Of a DNA stretch of 64,000 nucleotides, positions 43,049-54,504 are shown one piece after another. The stretch lies in the sequence record PP355768.1; one strand, 5' to 3'. Under the pieces are notes generated by a model. It saw nothing but the letters and a program-made list of their open reading frames with translations, ran no database searches and was not told where the DNA came from. The stretch's first letter is position 1. Each line of letters starts with the position of its first letter. A program made the position numbers and the translations under genes.

Positions 43049-43695
43049 ATGCATTACTATCTTTATAAAATTACAAATAAAATAAATCAAAAGTTTTATA
43101 TTGGAGTTCATTCTACTTCTAAGTTGGAAGATGGATACATGGGTTCTGGTAAGAATTTAAAGCGTGCTATTAAAAAGTACGGCAAAGAAAATTTTGAAAA
43201 AGAAATTCTCGAAACTTTTGATAATGCTAAAGATATGTATGATGCGGAAAGACACCTAGTAAATGAAGAATTTATTAAAAGGCCTGATACATATAACTTA
43301 AAGCTTGGTGGTGAAGGCGGATGGGACCACATATGTAATAATGAAATCTTGTCCGAACAACGAAGAACTAATATGTCAAAAGTTGGAAAATCTTGTGCTA
43401 ATAAACCTTTATCAGATGAGCATAAGAAAAAGATTTCAAAATCAGTGAAATCCTTGGATTTACCTACATGGAAAGATAATATGGCTGGTAAGCCAAGCGG
43501 ATTTGCAGGAAAACACCATTCGGCTGAATTCAAGAAAAAGATATCCGAATTAAACTTAGCTAGAGTTAGTACAGATGAAAGAGCTTACAGAATGGAAATT
43601 TCTAAATTATATGATTTTTCTAAAAGAGGCGAATTATCTAAATATGCTAAACACATTGGTGTAAGTCACACTCAAGCAAGAAGAATTTTAAATCA
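43049..43695 (+). mobile_element. GIY-YIG homing endonuclease (SegB-like) in tRNA region
   Basis: YYLYKITNKINQKFYIGVH, YMGSG, YNLKLGGEGG, NUMOD3 HSAEFKKKIS. Confidence 0.9.
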
Positions 43696-43744
43696 CATAT
43701 ACACCTCATCAGTTAGTAATAGTATTTATATAAGTATGTGTTAC

Positions 43745-44128
43745 TTAATCCCAAAGCCATTCGCAGATGCCTTGCTCAATAGTTCTAGCACCAGCTTCGT
43801 CCCAGTTATATTCTTCGTCATACTTCAATGCGCGTTTAATTTCGGCTTTATGAAATAAACGCGGAATCGGCATAGCATAACGGGTCCAACGTAGAGTTTT
43901 CCAGAATCCATCGCGCTTTGATTTAGCAATCAGTTTCTTGGCCTCTAGCGGTCTTTCCCGATTTTCAGAAATACGCAGTTCAACATATTTCTGTTGGGTT
44001 TCTTTATCTTTCTGAGTTTTAACGTATTCGTTATAGCTTTTAATATAAGCAAATTCGTTATTATTCTGATCGTTCCATTTGGAAGATTTTACTACATGCC
44101 AGCCTTTACGGCGAATTGTTCTAGACAT
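43745..44128 (-). CDS. Hypothetical basic protein
   Basis: 127-aa ORF with SD (GAGG). Confidence 0.7.
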   Translation of the reverse strand: MSRTIRRKGWHVVKSSKWNDQNNNEFAYIKSYNEYVKTQKDKETQQKYVELRISENRERPLEAKKLIAKSKRDGFWKTLRWTRYAMPIPRLFHKAEIKRALKYDEEYNWDEAGARTIEQGICEWLWD

Positions 44129-44438
44129 TATTACCTCGTTAAGTTAAAGTACCTCAACGATAGTAAAATCCTGATTTAAAAAATTTAATATTCATGAATA
44201 GATTACCTTACATTTACATTTTGGACATTCAGGTTCTTTATTTTTAAGACGCTTGGTAGCTGTCTTTGGAGCAGTGTTGTAATCATATACATGAAGACAA
44301 CGGTAGCACATCACATATTTTTTCATATTAAACCATCAACGAAAGCAATATTACGTACAGCAAGAATCCAATTATGAGTACTAGTACTATACCACTTGCT
44401 ATGGCAAATAAGCTACTCATGTTTAATATAACACCCAT

Positions 44439-45146
44439 TCAATTTTCTCTCAATTTAAATTCGTTTATCATAGAACCATACGGCTCATCTGGATAACCAT
44501 TCTTTACAGCTAACTTATTAAATCTTCTATACCCAACTTTACCATTATTTTTCCATAGCAAATACAGCTCTTCGAAAAATTTCCAATTCTCGAGGTGTGC
44601 ACGTTTAGCTGCCTTAATTCCTGCGATATGCCGTGCCTTTACGTCACTTCTTGCTAATGCCTTAATTGTATTATTTCTTTGTTTTTCTTTTACTTCTGGA
44701 CGCTGTTGGGATAACTTAGACGCCATCCCATTACGAGCTTTTACTATAGGATTTGATAAAGTTTTCTTCATTGAAGCTGACACTTTATCTCTATGGCCAG
44801 GAGTAGCCCAAAGCTTTTTAGCATGATTAGAATTCTTTACGCGAGTACTTTTATAAACAGTTCCACCTTCACCGCCATCAGATAAATTCATACATAATGA
44901 ACCATACTTAATTTTACCAGCTTTAATGTATAATGCTTCTGCGTTAGAAGCAAGTTCATACGTACTAAAGAATTCAAGTTTTCTTACACTAATCTTATAT
45001 CGTTCAGGATACTTTTTAACATGCCGCATATAATATCCTGAACCTGAATATGAATCGTTTAATCTATTACTTCTGTGTTTTCCGAAGTAGTGTTTAACTA
45101 CTCCGGTCTTAAGATTTTCTATCTCAGTGTGATAAATGTAATTATA
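44439..45146 (-). mobile_element. GIY-YIG homing endonuclease (Seg-like)
   Basis: YNYIY..HYFGKH, YSGSG, MNLSDGGEGG. Confidence 0.85.
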
Positions 45147-45149
45147 TTT

Positions 45150-45746
45150 TTTCATAATATTGCTGAATACTGCATTGGTCATTGGGAGCTTAATGGCTTT
45201 TATTTTTATAAAGGAATGAAATCTCATGGGCTGGAACCAGATTTCCTCAAAAAGTACAAACAAGTATGGTCTGGGCACTTCCACACCATATCAAGCGCAG
45301 CAAACGTTAAGTACATCGGAACGCCTTGGACGCTTACAGCGGGTGACGAGAACGACCCACGCGGCTTCTGGGTTCAAGACACTGAATTATCAACCTTTGA
45401 TTTCGTCCCTAATGAAATCACTTGGCACAGAAAACTGATTTATCCTGTTACTGGAAAAATTGACTTTGAAGAGTTTCGTAATCTCGCAGTACGCATTATT
45501 ATCACTGCGGTCGATGAAGACCTTCCTAAGTTTGAATCAGAACTTGAAAAGGTAGTACATGAATTAAGAACTGTTTCTAAAGTTGACAACTCGGTTGAGT
45601 CTGAAGATGGTGAAGAAGTAGAAGTTAAAAGCTTATTGGATTTAATGGAAGAATATATCCAAGCACTTGAAGACCTATCCGCAGATGATATCAAAGCCTT
45701 AAAGGTTATGTCTAAACAGTTATACATTGAGGCACAAAATCAGTGA
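45150..45746 (+). CDS. 47: Recombination endonuclease gp47, C-terminal fragment
   Basis: GHWELNGF, WSGHFHT, YIGTPW. Confidence 0.93.
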   Translation, partial: FHNIAEYCIGHWELNGFYFYKGMKSHGLEPDFLKKYKQVWSGHFHTISSAANVKYIGTPWTLTAGDENDPRGFWVQDTELSTFDFVPNEITWHRKLIYPVTGKIDFEEFRNLAVRIIITAVDEDLPKFESELEKVVHELRTVSKVDNSVESEDGEEVEVKSLLDLMEEYIQALEDLSADDIKALKVMSKQLYIEAQNQ

Positions 45747-45789
45747 AGACTTTTAAACTAAACCGTGTCAAATATAAGAATATAATGTC

Positions 45790-46495
45790 AGTTGATTATG
45801 TTGGCGCTGATGGCGGTGGTGAACCTGAAGACATCGAGCGTATTCGTGAGCTCGCCCAGATTAAGCGCGAATCTCAAATGCGTTGCGTGTCTAAAACTGA
45901 CTATGAATCATTCGTTAGTTCACGCTTTGGTTCTATCGTACAAGCAGTACAGTGCTTTACCGACCAAGATAAGCCAGGGTATGCGTTTATTGCAATTAAG
46001 CCAAAATCTGGACTGCAGTTAACCGCTGTTCAAAGAGAAGACATCCAAGATTATCTTCGTCCATTCTGTCTTGCTCCCATTACCCCTTCGGTAATGAGCC
46101 CAGATTACTTATTCATTCGTCATAATATTAAAGCCTCTTATGCGCTGAATAAGTTACAAGAATCAGAACAGTGGTTACAGTCAAAAATTATAGACTCAAT
46201 TAATAGATATTACGTTGATGAAGTTGAAATGTTCAACAAAAATTTCAGTAAATCTAAGTTGTTGACTTACATTGATGACACTGACCATTCAATCATTGGT
46301 TCTTCTGTGGATATTCAGATGGTTCGTGAAATTGTCAACTATTTCACTCTTCCTAGCGCAGGTATTAAATACTATAATACTATTACTCCGCGGACGTTAC
46401 GTTCTGGTGATTTGGTCTTTACTGTTACCCCAACTGCTGAACCGTATTCAGTTAATATCGTTGGAACTGACCCAGATAAAAATGTGGAGTTGGGT
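45790..46495 (+). CDS. 6: Baseplate gp6, middle fragment (joined to gp46 start MKTFKLNRVKYKNIMSV at 45743)
   Basis: GGGEPEDIERIRE, RCVSKTDY. Confidence 0.9.
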
Positions 46496-47000
46496 CGTTA
46501 ATAGTAATGATTTTGTTTGTCAGCAAATCAATTACGGCAGTAATTCCACACATTTCAAGGTCATCTTCATTAAGTACAGAAATGACTTGGAACTTAAATC
46601 CCGGAATGAACATAGGAAATTGTTCGCTCAGTTCATCATCATTCTCAATAACTTCAAACTGCTTACCAATAAGTCCCATTCACTTTGTCCTCATAATCAA
46701 GTAATTCGTTTATAGTAGGTTCAGAGGTATTATAATCCTCTTCAGGAATAGCATCTTCCTCTGGCTCGACAGTTTCCCATCGAGCCGCATACCAGGGTTT
46801 TAGACCTTTGCTACTTTGCATGGTGTTGGTTCAGAATCATTAGCAGAATCATGTTCAATACGCCATTCAACTTCAGTGCGAGTAACCACTTTTTCATGAC
46901 GAGTAACGATATCTACTTCAGGAGGACTATAATACCAATCAGTATGATATGAACCTGAACGGGATTCTGATACCATGAAATGAACAGGAAATAGAAGAAG

Positions 47001-47270
47001 ATGTTCACGGTTTTTGGTTACGACAGCAGCATCCATAAATGTGTATTTTGTGATAATGCAAAACGACTACTCGATGTTAAGAAGCAAGAATATGCATTCA
47101 TCAATGTAATGCCAGAAAAAGGCGTATTTGATGAAGTTGTTATCAGTGATTTGCTTCGCCGTTTAGGTCGTGAATCACAGGTTGGATTAACTATGCCTCA
47201 GATTTTTGCTCCTGACGGTACACATATCGGCGGTTTTGATGAACTCCGTAAATTCAAATTCAATGCATGA
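47001..47270 (+). CDS. nrdC: Glutaredoxin/thioredoxin NrdC
   Basis: CVFC, LTMPQIF, HIGGFD. Confidence 0.93.
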   Translation: MFTVFGYDSSIHKCVFCDNAKRLLDVKKQEYAFINVMPEKGVFDEVVISDLLRRLGRESQVGLTMPQIFAPDGTHIGGFDELRKFKFNA

Positions 47271-47703
47271 TTATCGTGGAACCCTCCTTCGGGAGGGTGA
47301 TATTGTAGCCCTTTATTATGGCTATGGTGGATTAGAAACCGGCGAGATTAAACAAATCAAAAATCATCGGGCAAAGGTAGAGGTAACTTACTCTAATGGA
47401 GTTAAAGTTATGTCTAAATGGAAATACGGCGAGTGTATGGTTAAATTATGATTAACATGAGGAAGAACTATGAGTTATGATATTGGCGATTTAAAAGCTC
47501 CACGCATGGTAACTATTTCAGCAGAAGAGCTTGAACGCTTGCAAGCAATTGAAGAATTGCTGTGGGAAATTGAATGTGCGCTTCCGTCTGGTTTAGAAAG
47601 CTGGATTGATGATGAAGATTTACAGAAGCTGCGAGGTTAAAATGACTAACGCTGAATTAGTAAAAGAAATCAAGCATATCGCTGGCGTCACTGGTGGATA
47701 TTT

Positions 47704-47790
47704 GCGTCGATGTTGGAATTGGTAGACAAAGGAGACTTAAAATCTCCCGGGATTAAACCCGTACGAGTTCGAGTCTCGTTCGACGCACCA
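47704..47790 (+). tRNA. tRNA-Leu(TAA)
   Basis: Loop CTTAAAA, long variable arm, ACCA. Confidence 0.93.
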
Positions 47791-47792
47791 AA

Positions 47793-47869
47793 GCCCTTAT
47801 AGTGTAATGGATTAGCACACGATCGTTCTAAGGTCGGTAGTCCGGGTTCGAGTCCTGGTAGGGGTACCA
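47793..47869 (+). tRNA. tRNA-Arg(TCT)
   Basis: Loop GTTCTAA (G32), CCA. Confidence 0.9.
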
Positions 47870-47888
47870 AATTTATGAGGATAAAATT

Positions 47889-48425
47889 ATGAGAAATGAC
47901 ATAGATTGGAATCAAATTAAATTAGCTATTGATTCTGGATTAATAAGTCATACAAACTTTGATGTAACTACTAAGCTAATTGAAAGTGTGGCAATGCTTA
48001 AACTCCACAATATTAAAGAATTTGAAAATAAAAAATTATCTAAAAAGAAAACATTGTGGAATTTGTACTGTCGTACCGCCGCGTTAAACTTGCTAAAATT
48101 TAAAGACTGTTTTGACATAAGCAAAAATTACAATCAAGCCTTCATTTATATAATGGTTGATACTCGTCATCCAAATTTATATAAGATCGGTCGTTCTATA
48201 GAGCCCGATCAGCGAGCAGCAACCGCTAATACATTCTCACCCGGAAGAACGTATAAAATACTGTCATTTAGATATTCTCAAGAAGCTATTAAGCTGGAAA
48301 AGTATTTCCATGATAAATATAAAAATAATTTAGAAGGTGGAGAGTGGTTTTTCTTTCATGACATTCTCCCAGTTATTAAAGACCTGAATAATAACTGCAC
48401 TAGATTTAAATTGGCAGAATTACTC
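47889..48425 (+). CDS. T5orf172/GIY-YIG-like putative nuclease after tRNA-Arg (3' end at junction)
   Basis: FIYIM..LYKIGRS..R....NT.SP, LEKYFH, GEWF. Confidence 0.8.
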
Positions 48426-48644
48426 ACACATAAAATCAGCTACTTCCCAGAAGTCATTTTTAACTGCTACTTTAACCACCGGAGAAATTTCAGATGTTTT
48501 AATAGAAACAATTACATCACCTGCGACAGTTTCTACCAGACCAACGATTTTCTCGCTGCGAGCAACAAATTTACTCACCGGATGAAATTTACCGGTAGCA
48601 GCGAACATAGCTTCTTGGTCAACAATCAGTGCGATACGTTTCAT
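48420..48644 (-). CDS. Hypothetical protein
   Basis: 74-aa ORF. Confidence 0.6.
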   Translation of the reverse strand: MKRIALIVDQEAMFAATGKFHPVSKFVARSEKIVGLVETVAGDVIVSIKTSEISPVVKVAVKNDFWEVADFMCE

Positions 48645-48698
48645 TCTTTTTCCTTGTTTGTTTTGATGTAGTAATAATAACAGGTTATTCTTGTAGCA

Positions 48699-48914
48699 TT
48701 AAATCTCGAAAATCGTTCCGTTTTCCCACATTGTTGCGAACATAGGAGAAACCTTAACGAATGATTTGCTTCGCATTGCAACGTAGTCGTTATCTACTTT
48801 AGCCAATCCTGAAGCAATATCAGTAATACGACCACCTTTATTGTATGTGCGTTCTCCGTAGAAAACGATATCACCAACTTGTACTTCTCGACCTTTAGAA
48901 TCTTTCATCATATT
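48699..48914 (-). CDS. Hypothetical protein
   Basis: MKDSKGREVQVGDIVFY, SH3/KOW-like small phage protein pattern. Confidence 0.6.
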   Translation of the reverse strand, partial: NMMKDSKGREVQVGDIVFYGERTYNKGGRITDIASGLAKVDNDYVAMRSKSFVKVSPMFATMWENGTIFEI

Positions 48915-48934
48915 TCGCCTGAAAAATAATAGCT

Positions 48935-49560
48935 TCGACGTTAGTACCAGTTGAGTCAAATTCCAACCTGTAATCTTGGTTAGAATTTACCCATTGACCA
49001 CCGTTGTTTATACAGTCTTCTGCATATCCACCTTCTGCGCCTTCGCAATAAAATAAAGGAAGACCTGCAGTTCCAGCTTCGAGTAATTCCTTTCCGTTCA
49101 ATGAAATTTCAAGTGAATTAGGATTTACCCCTACGCCTGGAAGTACACCCATGTCATCCAGAGTGATTCTGCGGAGAGTAGCAAGGTTATCTACTATCAT
49201 TGACCCAGGAATCGTCTGGGATGTAGTCTGGGCTGAATCTCGTATCTGGATAGCTAACTTGTTGTATGAAGAACGATATACACCAATTCCATCTAAGAAG
49301 GTTTCGAATGTTATTACTTCCCCTTCAACACACGGAACTTTTAAACGAATGTCTTTGCCGTTTAATTCTACCAATTGACCTGCTACTGTTCCAGGAGAAC
49401 CGTAATCGGCATTGGCTTTATCCATAACGCTGGTTTCACCGTAGTATAAAATATTACCACGACGATATACGTTAAGTGAGTCTTCGTTATAGTCTACGCC
49501 ATCAAAAATGTTAAGAAAGTCAGTCTGACCCGCAGTAGCAATAATTGATTTTTTCGCTAC
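48935..49560 (-). CDS. 10: Baseplate gp10, middle fragment
   Basis: DYGSPG, NPNSLEI..NG, AGTAGLPLFYC. Confidence 0.88.
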
Positions 49561-49599
49561 AGTACTTAAGTTATAAATAGAATATAAAGAGGAGCTTAT

Positions 49600-50180
49600 A
49601 TGTCATACAACACATACAACCCAAAAACGCTTAAAGACGCTATACTTCGACGTCTAGGAGCGCCGGTAATTAATGTCGAAGTAACTGAAGACCAAATTTA
49701 TGATTGTATTCAACGAGCATTAGAGTTGTATGGTGAATACCACTTTAACGGATTGAATAAAGGCTATCAAGTTTTTTATATTGGAAAAGATGAAGCTGAC
49801 AACGCAAGATTTTTAAATGGTGTGTTTGATTTGCGTGGTCGTAATGTATTTGCTGTCACTCAAATCGTTAGAACAAATGTAGGTTCATTAACTTCAATGG
49901 ATGGTAATGCTACCTATCCGTGGTTTACTGACTTTTTAATGGGAATGGCCGGAATTAATGGCGGAATGGGGTCAAGCTGTAATAAGAGTTATGGACCAAA
50001 CGCTTTCGGTGCTGACCTGGGCTATTTTACTCAATTAATGACTTATTGGTCAATGATGCAGGATTTGCTTGCCCCACTTCCAGACTATTGGTATAACTCT
50101 GATAATGAAATGCTTAAAGTAATGGGCAACTTCATGAAGGGAGACATCATTGTTTGTGAATGCTGGACTAAATCATTTAT
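49600..50180 (+). CDS. 13: Neck protein gp13, N-terminal fragment
   Basis: [19 protein letters not shown]. Confidence 0.93.
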
Positions 50181-50274
50181 GAATACATTCTATGGAGACC
50201 AAATTATCGGTATGACACAATACAAGATGGCGTAAGCTGAGTAGCGGGATTGCAGTCTCGTTCAGATATGCTAT

Positions 50275-50351
50275 CGAGTATGGGTGATATATTAAACACA
50301 TGGATTCTGCAAAGTCCATGTGACTCGGTTCGAGGCCGGGCATACCGTCCA
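50275..50351 (+). tRNA. Atypical tRNA-Cys(GCA)-like element
   Basis: GCA in anticodon loop, U73-CCA, T arm CTCGG-TTCGAGG-CCGGG; bulged acceptor and anticodon stems, weak D arm. Confidence 0.65.
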
Positions 50352-50699
50352 ATCACTTGCCATTGAGAATTATATTATGAAATATTACGGCTTCAAAACA
50401 TCCCATTTCGGGAAAGCATATCGTACAGAAAACATTGATAGACGTCGAGCATATTACGAATCACTGCATAAAGCAGGACGTTCTCGTGCACGACAAGAAG
50501 GCCAAAAACAAGCGAAGGAAATAGAATGAATATTTTTATTGGTGTATCAAATGACGTAAATGCTATTACGGTGAAATTACAATGGAATCGTCCAACTAAT
50601 TTTGCTTTAGGATTATGTAAATCTGAACGTGATTTAATGCTTCATGCTGATTTTGCATATACTTTTGATGAACGCAAAGGTATGTGGGTCTGGGTGATT

Positions 50700-50897
50700 G
50701 TTATATTCGCGAGGAAGGAAATAAAACTCAATTCCTCTCATTTGAATAGCCTCAGCTGATAAAACATCTGCTAACGTTTGGCTATTTCTGTGATTATAAA
50801 AATTCACATAAGGATTGAGAATTTCTGTCTCATTAGTTTTATTGTATCCTCGGTAATCCTCAAGGCGAGCGAATAAACTAGAATTAAATGTAGTCAT
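50700..50897 (-). CDS. 14: Neck protein gp14, N-terminal fragment
   Basis: [21 protein letters not shown]. Confidence 0.9.
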
Positions 50898-50900
50898 CTT

Positions 50901-51113
50901 TTACCCCAACAGAATAGGACAACCTGGGTCAAGTAAATCAAGTTCCTCTCGGAGCCTCTCGATTTCTTCTTGGGCCTCTACCTTAAGTGTTTGACCATCA
51001 ACTGTAACGCCGCCGGCTAATTGTAGCCCTTGGTGTTTAAAAAGAATTTCACCCCACAGCTTTTTAGTTAATGCTGTAGCATAATCTTTTACCCAACGAT
51101 TATTATACTGAAA
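50901..51113 (-). CDS. 13: Neck protein gp13, C-terminal fragment
   Basis: [20 protein letters not shown]. Confidence 0.92.
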   Translation of the reverse strand, partial: FQYNNRWVKDYATALTKKLWGEILFKHQGLQLAGGVTVDGQTLKVEAQEEIERLREELDLLDPGCPILLG

Positions 51114-52222
51114 CAAGCGGTACAATCTGAAGTTAATATTGCTGCTGTGACTATTCCAGATGTCCGAGCAGAAGTTAAGAAGCAAGTTCAGCAGATGTTC
51201 CATACTCGCGGTTGGAATGATATGTCTGCTAAAGAAGAAATGTCACAGATGATGCGTAACGCTGCCCAATCATGCGCTAAAAATGCTATTGATGATATGG
51301 TTCGTCAAACTATTGATGACGCTGTTAAGCAAGCTGAAGGTCGTATTAAGATGTCTATTGAAAGAGCTAATCTCCGAATTCAAGAAATCATTGTTAACGC
51401 AATGAATAAGAATTTCGCTGATCAAATTAACGCTGCCATTGCTGCTAAATTGGCAGAACACTTCCCGGTAACTGCTAATGGATAAAATTGATTTTAGCAA
51501 ATTAAATATTCCTCGCATGGGAATTCCTGATGATATTGCCAAGCAATTAGCTAGCGTTCAACCAATGCCAGATAATTGCATCAAAGATATTCTCGATGCT
51601 TTAGATGGTAAAACATTAGTTATAACTACTAAGGCTGAAAATGGCTCGTAAACGATATATGGAAGAAGCCCAAGCAGTACAATCCGAAATTGCTATTGCT
51701 GCTATTGATGTTCCTGATGTACGAGCAGAAGTCCGTAAGCAACTCAATGAATTATTCCATTCGCGTGGTTGGAATGATACATCCGCTAAACCTGAAATGT
51801 CTCAGAAGATGCGAAACGCTGCTCAAGCCAGTGCCAAAGAAGCTATTGATGAAATGGTTCGTCAGACTATTGAAGATGCAGCTAAAGCAGCAGAAGGTCG
51901 TATTAAAATGACTATTGAAAGCGCTAATCGCAGAATTCAAGAAATCATCGTCCAAGCAATGAATAAAAACTTTGCTGACCAAATCAATGCCGCCATCGCA
52001 GCTAAACTAGAAGAACACTTTCCGGTAAAGGCAAAATGAATAAAATCGATTTCAGCAAACTAAAAGTGCCACGGCAAGCAATTCCTGAACATATCTCTAA
52101 AGAACTAATTAGCGTTCAACCTATACCAGGCGATATTATTAAAGATGCACTGGCAGCACTCCGTGAAGAAGAATCTAAATCTAAGGTGGAATAATGGCAC
52201 GCAAACGCTATATGGAAGAAGC
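51114..52222 (+). repeat. Two tandem alleles of one hypothetical gene cluster (helical protein, MDKID/MNKID protein, MARKRYMEEA start)
   Basis: 51114-51669 and 51671-52222 both start CAAGC(G/A)GTACAATC and end GGAAGAAGC. Confidence 0.88.
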
Positions 52223-52224
52223 TT

Positions 52225-52750
52225 GAATTCAAAACAGCAGGATTAGTAATAGGAACATATTCTGCGCACAGAAAAACAAAGCCAAACTACACGGAAGGCT
52301 TTTCTGATCCTACAGGTCAATATCCTAGACAGGTGGGATCAGATACTAACCCACTAGTTCAAGGCGATGAAACTGGGTATAGTGCTGTACCAAATATAAT
52401 CCAGGACAGAAACCTGGATATTGGCATTAATCCTGACGATGCTGACATAAGTGATATTCCTGAAGACCCAAATCCTGCAATTACAATAACAGATATGCTT
52501 AATAGGGATGAAGGTCTTAGATTGAAGGTCTATTGGGACACAGAAGGATATCCTACTATAGGTATTGGGCATCTTATCATGGCGCAAAAAGTACGTGATA
52601 TGTCTGTCATCAATAAAACATTATCAAATCAGGTTGGTCGTACCGTTACAGGAAATCCTGGTATCATTACAATGGACGAAGCAGTTGCACTATTTAAGAA
52701 AGACCGTGATAAAATGCTTTCTGACATTAAAACAAATTCACGGGTAGGAC
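52225..52750 (+). CDS. 5: gp5 lysozyme-domain fragment
   Basis: DEGLRLKVYWDTEGYPTIGIGHL. Confidence 0.93.
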
Positions 52751-52751
52751 C

Positions 52752-52827
52752 GCCGGTTTAGCTCAGTAGGTAGAGCAACTCACTTGTAATGAGAAGGTCG
52801 GCGGTTCGATTCCGTCAACCGGCACCA
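52752..52827 (+). tRNA. tRNA-Thr(TGT), variant 1
   Basis: Loop CTTGTAA, CCA. Confidence 0.93.
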
Positions 52828-52833
52828 AATTCT

Positions 52834-52911
52834 GGTATGTGATAGCTCAAATAGGTAGAGCGTGAGGCCCTGGCGCTGAATGGTTTGTAGGTTCGATTCC
52901 TACCCATACCA
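52834..52911 (+). pseudogene. Degenerate tRNA
   Basis: Intact D arm (GCTC/GAGC) and T arm (GTAGG-TTCGATT-CCTAC); unpaired anticodon arm; shifted acceptor GGTATG/CATACC. Confidence 0.7.
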
Positions 52912-52930
52912 AAAATTTATGAGGAAAATA

Positions 52931-53102
52931 TGAAAGTATATGTTGTAGTAGAAACTAACTGGAATTTAGAATATGGATATGACGAGTTTTCTTTACCTAG
53001 GAAAATTTTTCATACTAAGCATGAAGCTGAAGAGTATAAAGACGAACTAAAAGCAAATAACTCTTATTCCGAATATCTAGTTGAAGAATATGATGTAATG
53101 TA
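52931..53102 (+). CDS. Hypothetical protein (tRNA region)
   Basis: GAGGAAAAT SD; MKVYVVVETNWN. Confidence 0.6.
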
Positions 53103-53204
53103 AGTTTTAGGAAGAGTTGCAGCTCTCCTATTAAGACGTCGTGTTAGAAGAGAAGGTTAGCCCTTGCCGGCAAGGTTCTGAGGAGTCCTCCGGTTGTTAA
53201 TCAC

Positions 53205-54070
53205 CCTGCAAGGTGACACCTCCACATATCCATCAGCTGCTTTTTGCAACAGCGGGCTTGGAGTCAGTTTGATAAAATCTGCGCCCATATATAACCAAAC
53301 TAACTTAGTAAATTCTATTAGAGAATCTGTGCTATCAATGATAACCTTTTTGCCTCTAGAAATTATATCATTTTCGTATTCATATAAGCTAGTTTCATGA
53401 CATACATTGGTGTATCCTTTCAAGTGGAGAGCATGCAGTATAGAAACAGGACTTCCTGGAACTGTATCTACGTCAAAGACATGAGCAGTCTTAATAATGC
53501 CATAATCTTCAGAAGGACACCAACCAAACGCCTCGAATTTATTAATTAAGTCTTTGAAATCTTTGTCGAACGTACTGTATAGAGCAACAGTAAAAATTCT
53601 ATCTTGGTCTAGACGCAAAGCTCCTTTTGCATCACTTCTTGATTGAACTGCACGTGCGCAAACTAAAAGAAGGTTTTGATTCTGATAAAGTATTCACTGT
53701 AGCAATTTACAATTATTCTTATGACGAGTTTAAAGAACTGGTCAATAAATTTGAAGCACGCGGGTGGTGTCCTAATAGTAAATATGGACTTGTCAAAACA
53801 GCCCATACTTTTGATGTTTCACACATGCCAGGAAGTCCAATTAATATTTTAGGTGCTTTACACCTTAAAGGATATACCAATGCATATCATGAGACCGATC
53901 TGTTTGAATATGCAAATGATAAAATCGTTAACGGCAAAAGTATCGTCATTGACAGTGAAGACGCTTTTATAGTATTTACTCAGTTAGTATGGTCATTTAT
54001 GCAAGCTGATTTCGCCAGATTTACTCCGAGCGATTTGCTTCAAAAAGCTGCTGATGCATATAATAATAGT
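53205..54070. other. Two homologous hypothetical-protein fragments in inverted orientation (53205-53618 minus; 53650-54070 plus)
   Basis: Shared FTVA.Y, GWCP, KTAH.FDV, HLKGYTN..HET, LLQKAAD. Confidence 0.85.
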
Positions 54071-54075
54071 AACAG

Positions 54076-54504
54076 TCAATATCGTCGGATGTTAATACCC
54101 CAGCGCTTTGCTGAAGCTATTCTTAAATTTTCTTTATGCTCTTCAGTGAATTCCTTTCCTTTAGATTTATTCTTTCTTGAATTCATCTTACATGCTTCTT
54201 CGTATCCATATTTATCAACAAGACGTTCCCATGGATTTTTCCAAGTGCCAAATTTTGTTCCATCGTGGCATATGTTTTCTTTATAAGTAGCCCAATATAA
54301 ATGAAGCGGATTTGAACAGTCTCCATTATTGCAAGCATGTGCTAATACTACTTTACGTCCTGTTACCCATGTTCCAAGAAATTGTGCTAAAACGCCTCTA
54401 TGATTAGTTGAATTTCCTCCACGTTCTAAACATGGTGAGTTCAAATCTATATGAGAAGTTCTTAATTCTTTTGGCTGGGTAATGTATTCTTCTAATTTAA
54501 TCAT
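54076..54504 (-). mobile_element. His-Me finger (His-Cys-box-like) endonuclease
   Basis: PCL...VLAHACNNGDCSNPLHLYWATYKEN. Confidence 0.75.

Noticed and set aside
44160-44325. Programmed frameshift in a small Cys-rich ORF (MKKYVMCYRC.../KEPECPKC)
   Set aside because: The frame change falls in an A-rich run and could be a sequencing or assembly indel; no stimulatory structure seen
53105-53205. GC-rich segment with CCTTGCCGGCAAGG palindrome
   Set aside because: Abuts a terminator-like hairpin and a junction; too short to support an RNA or site call
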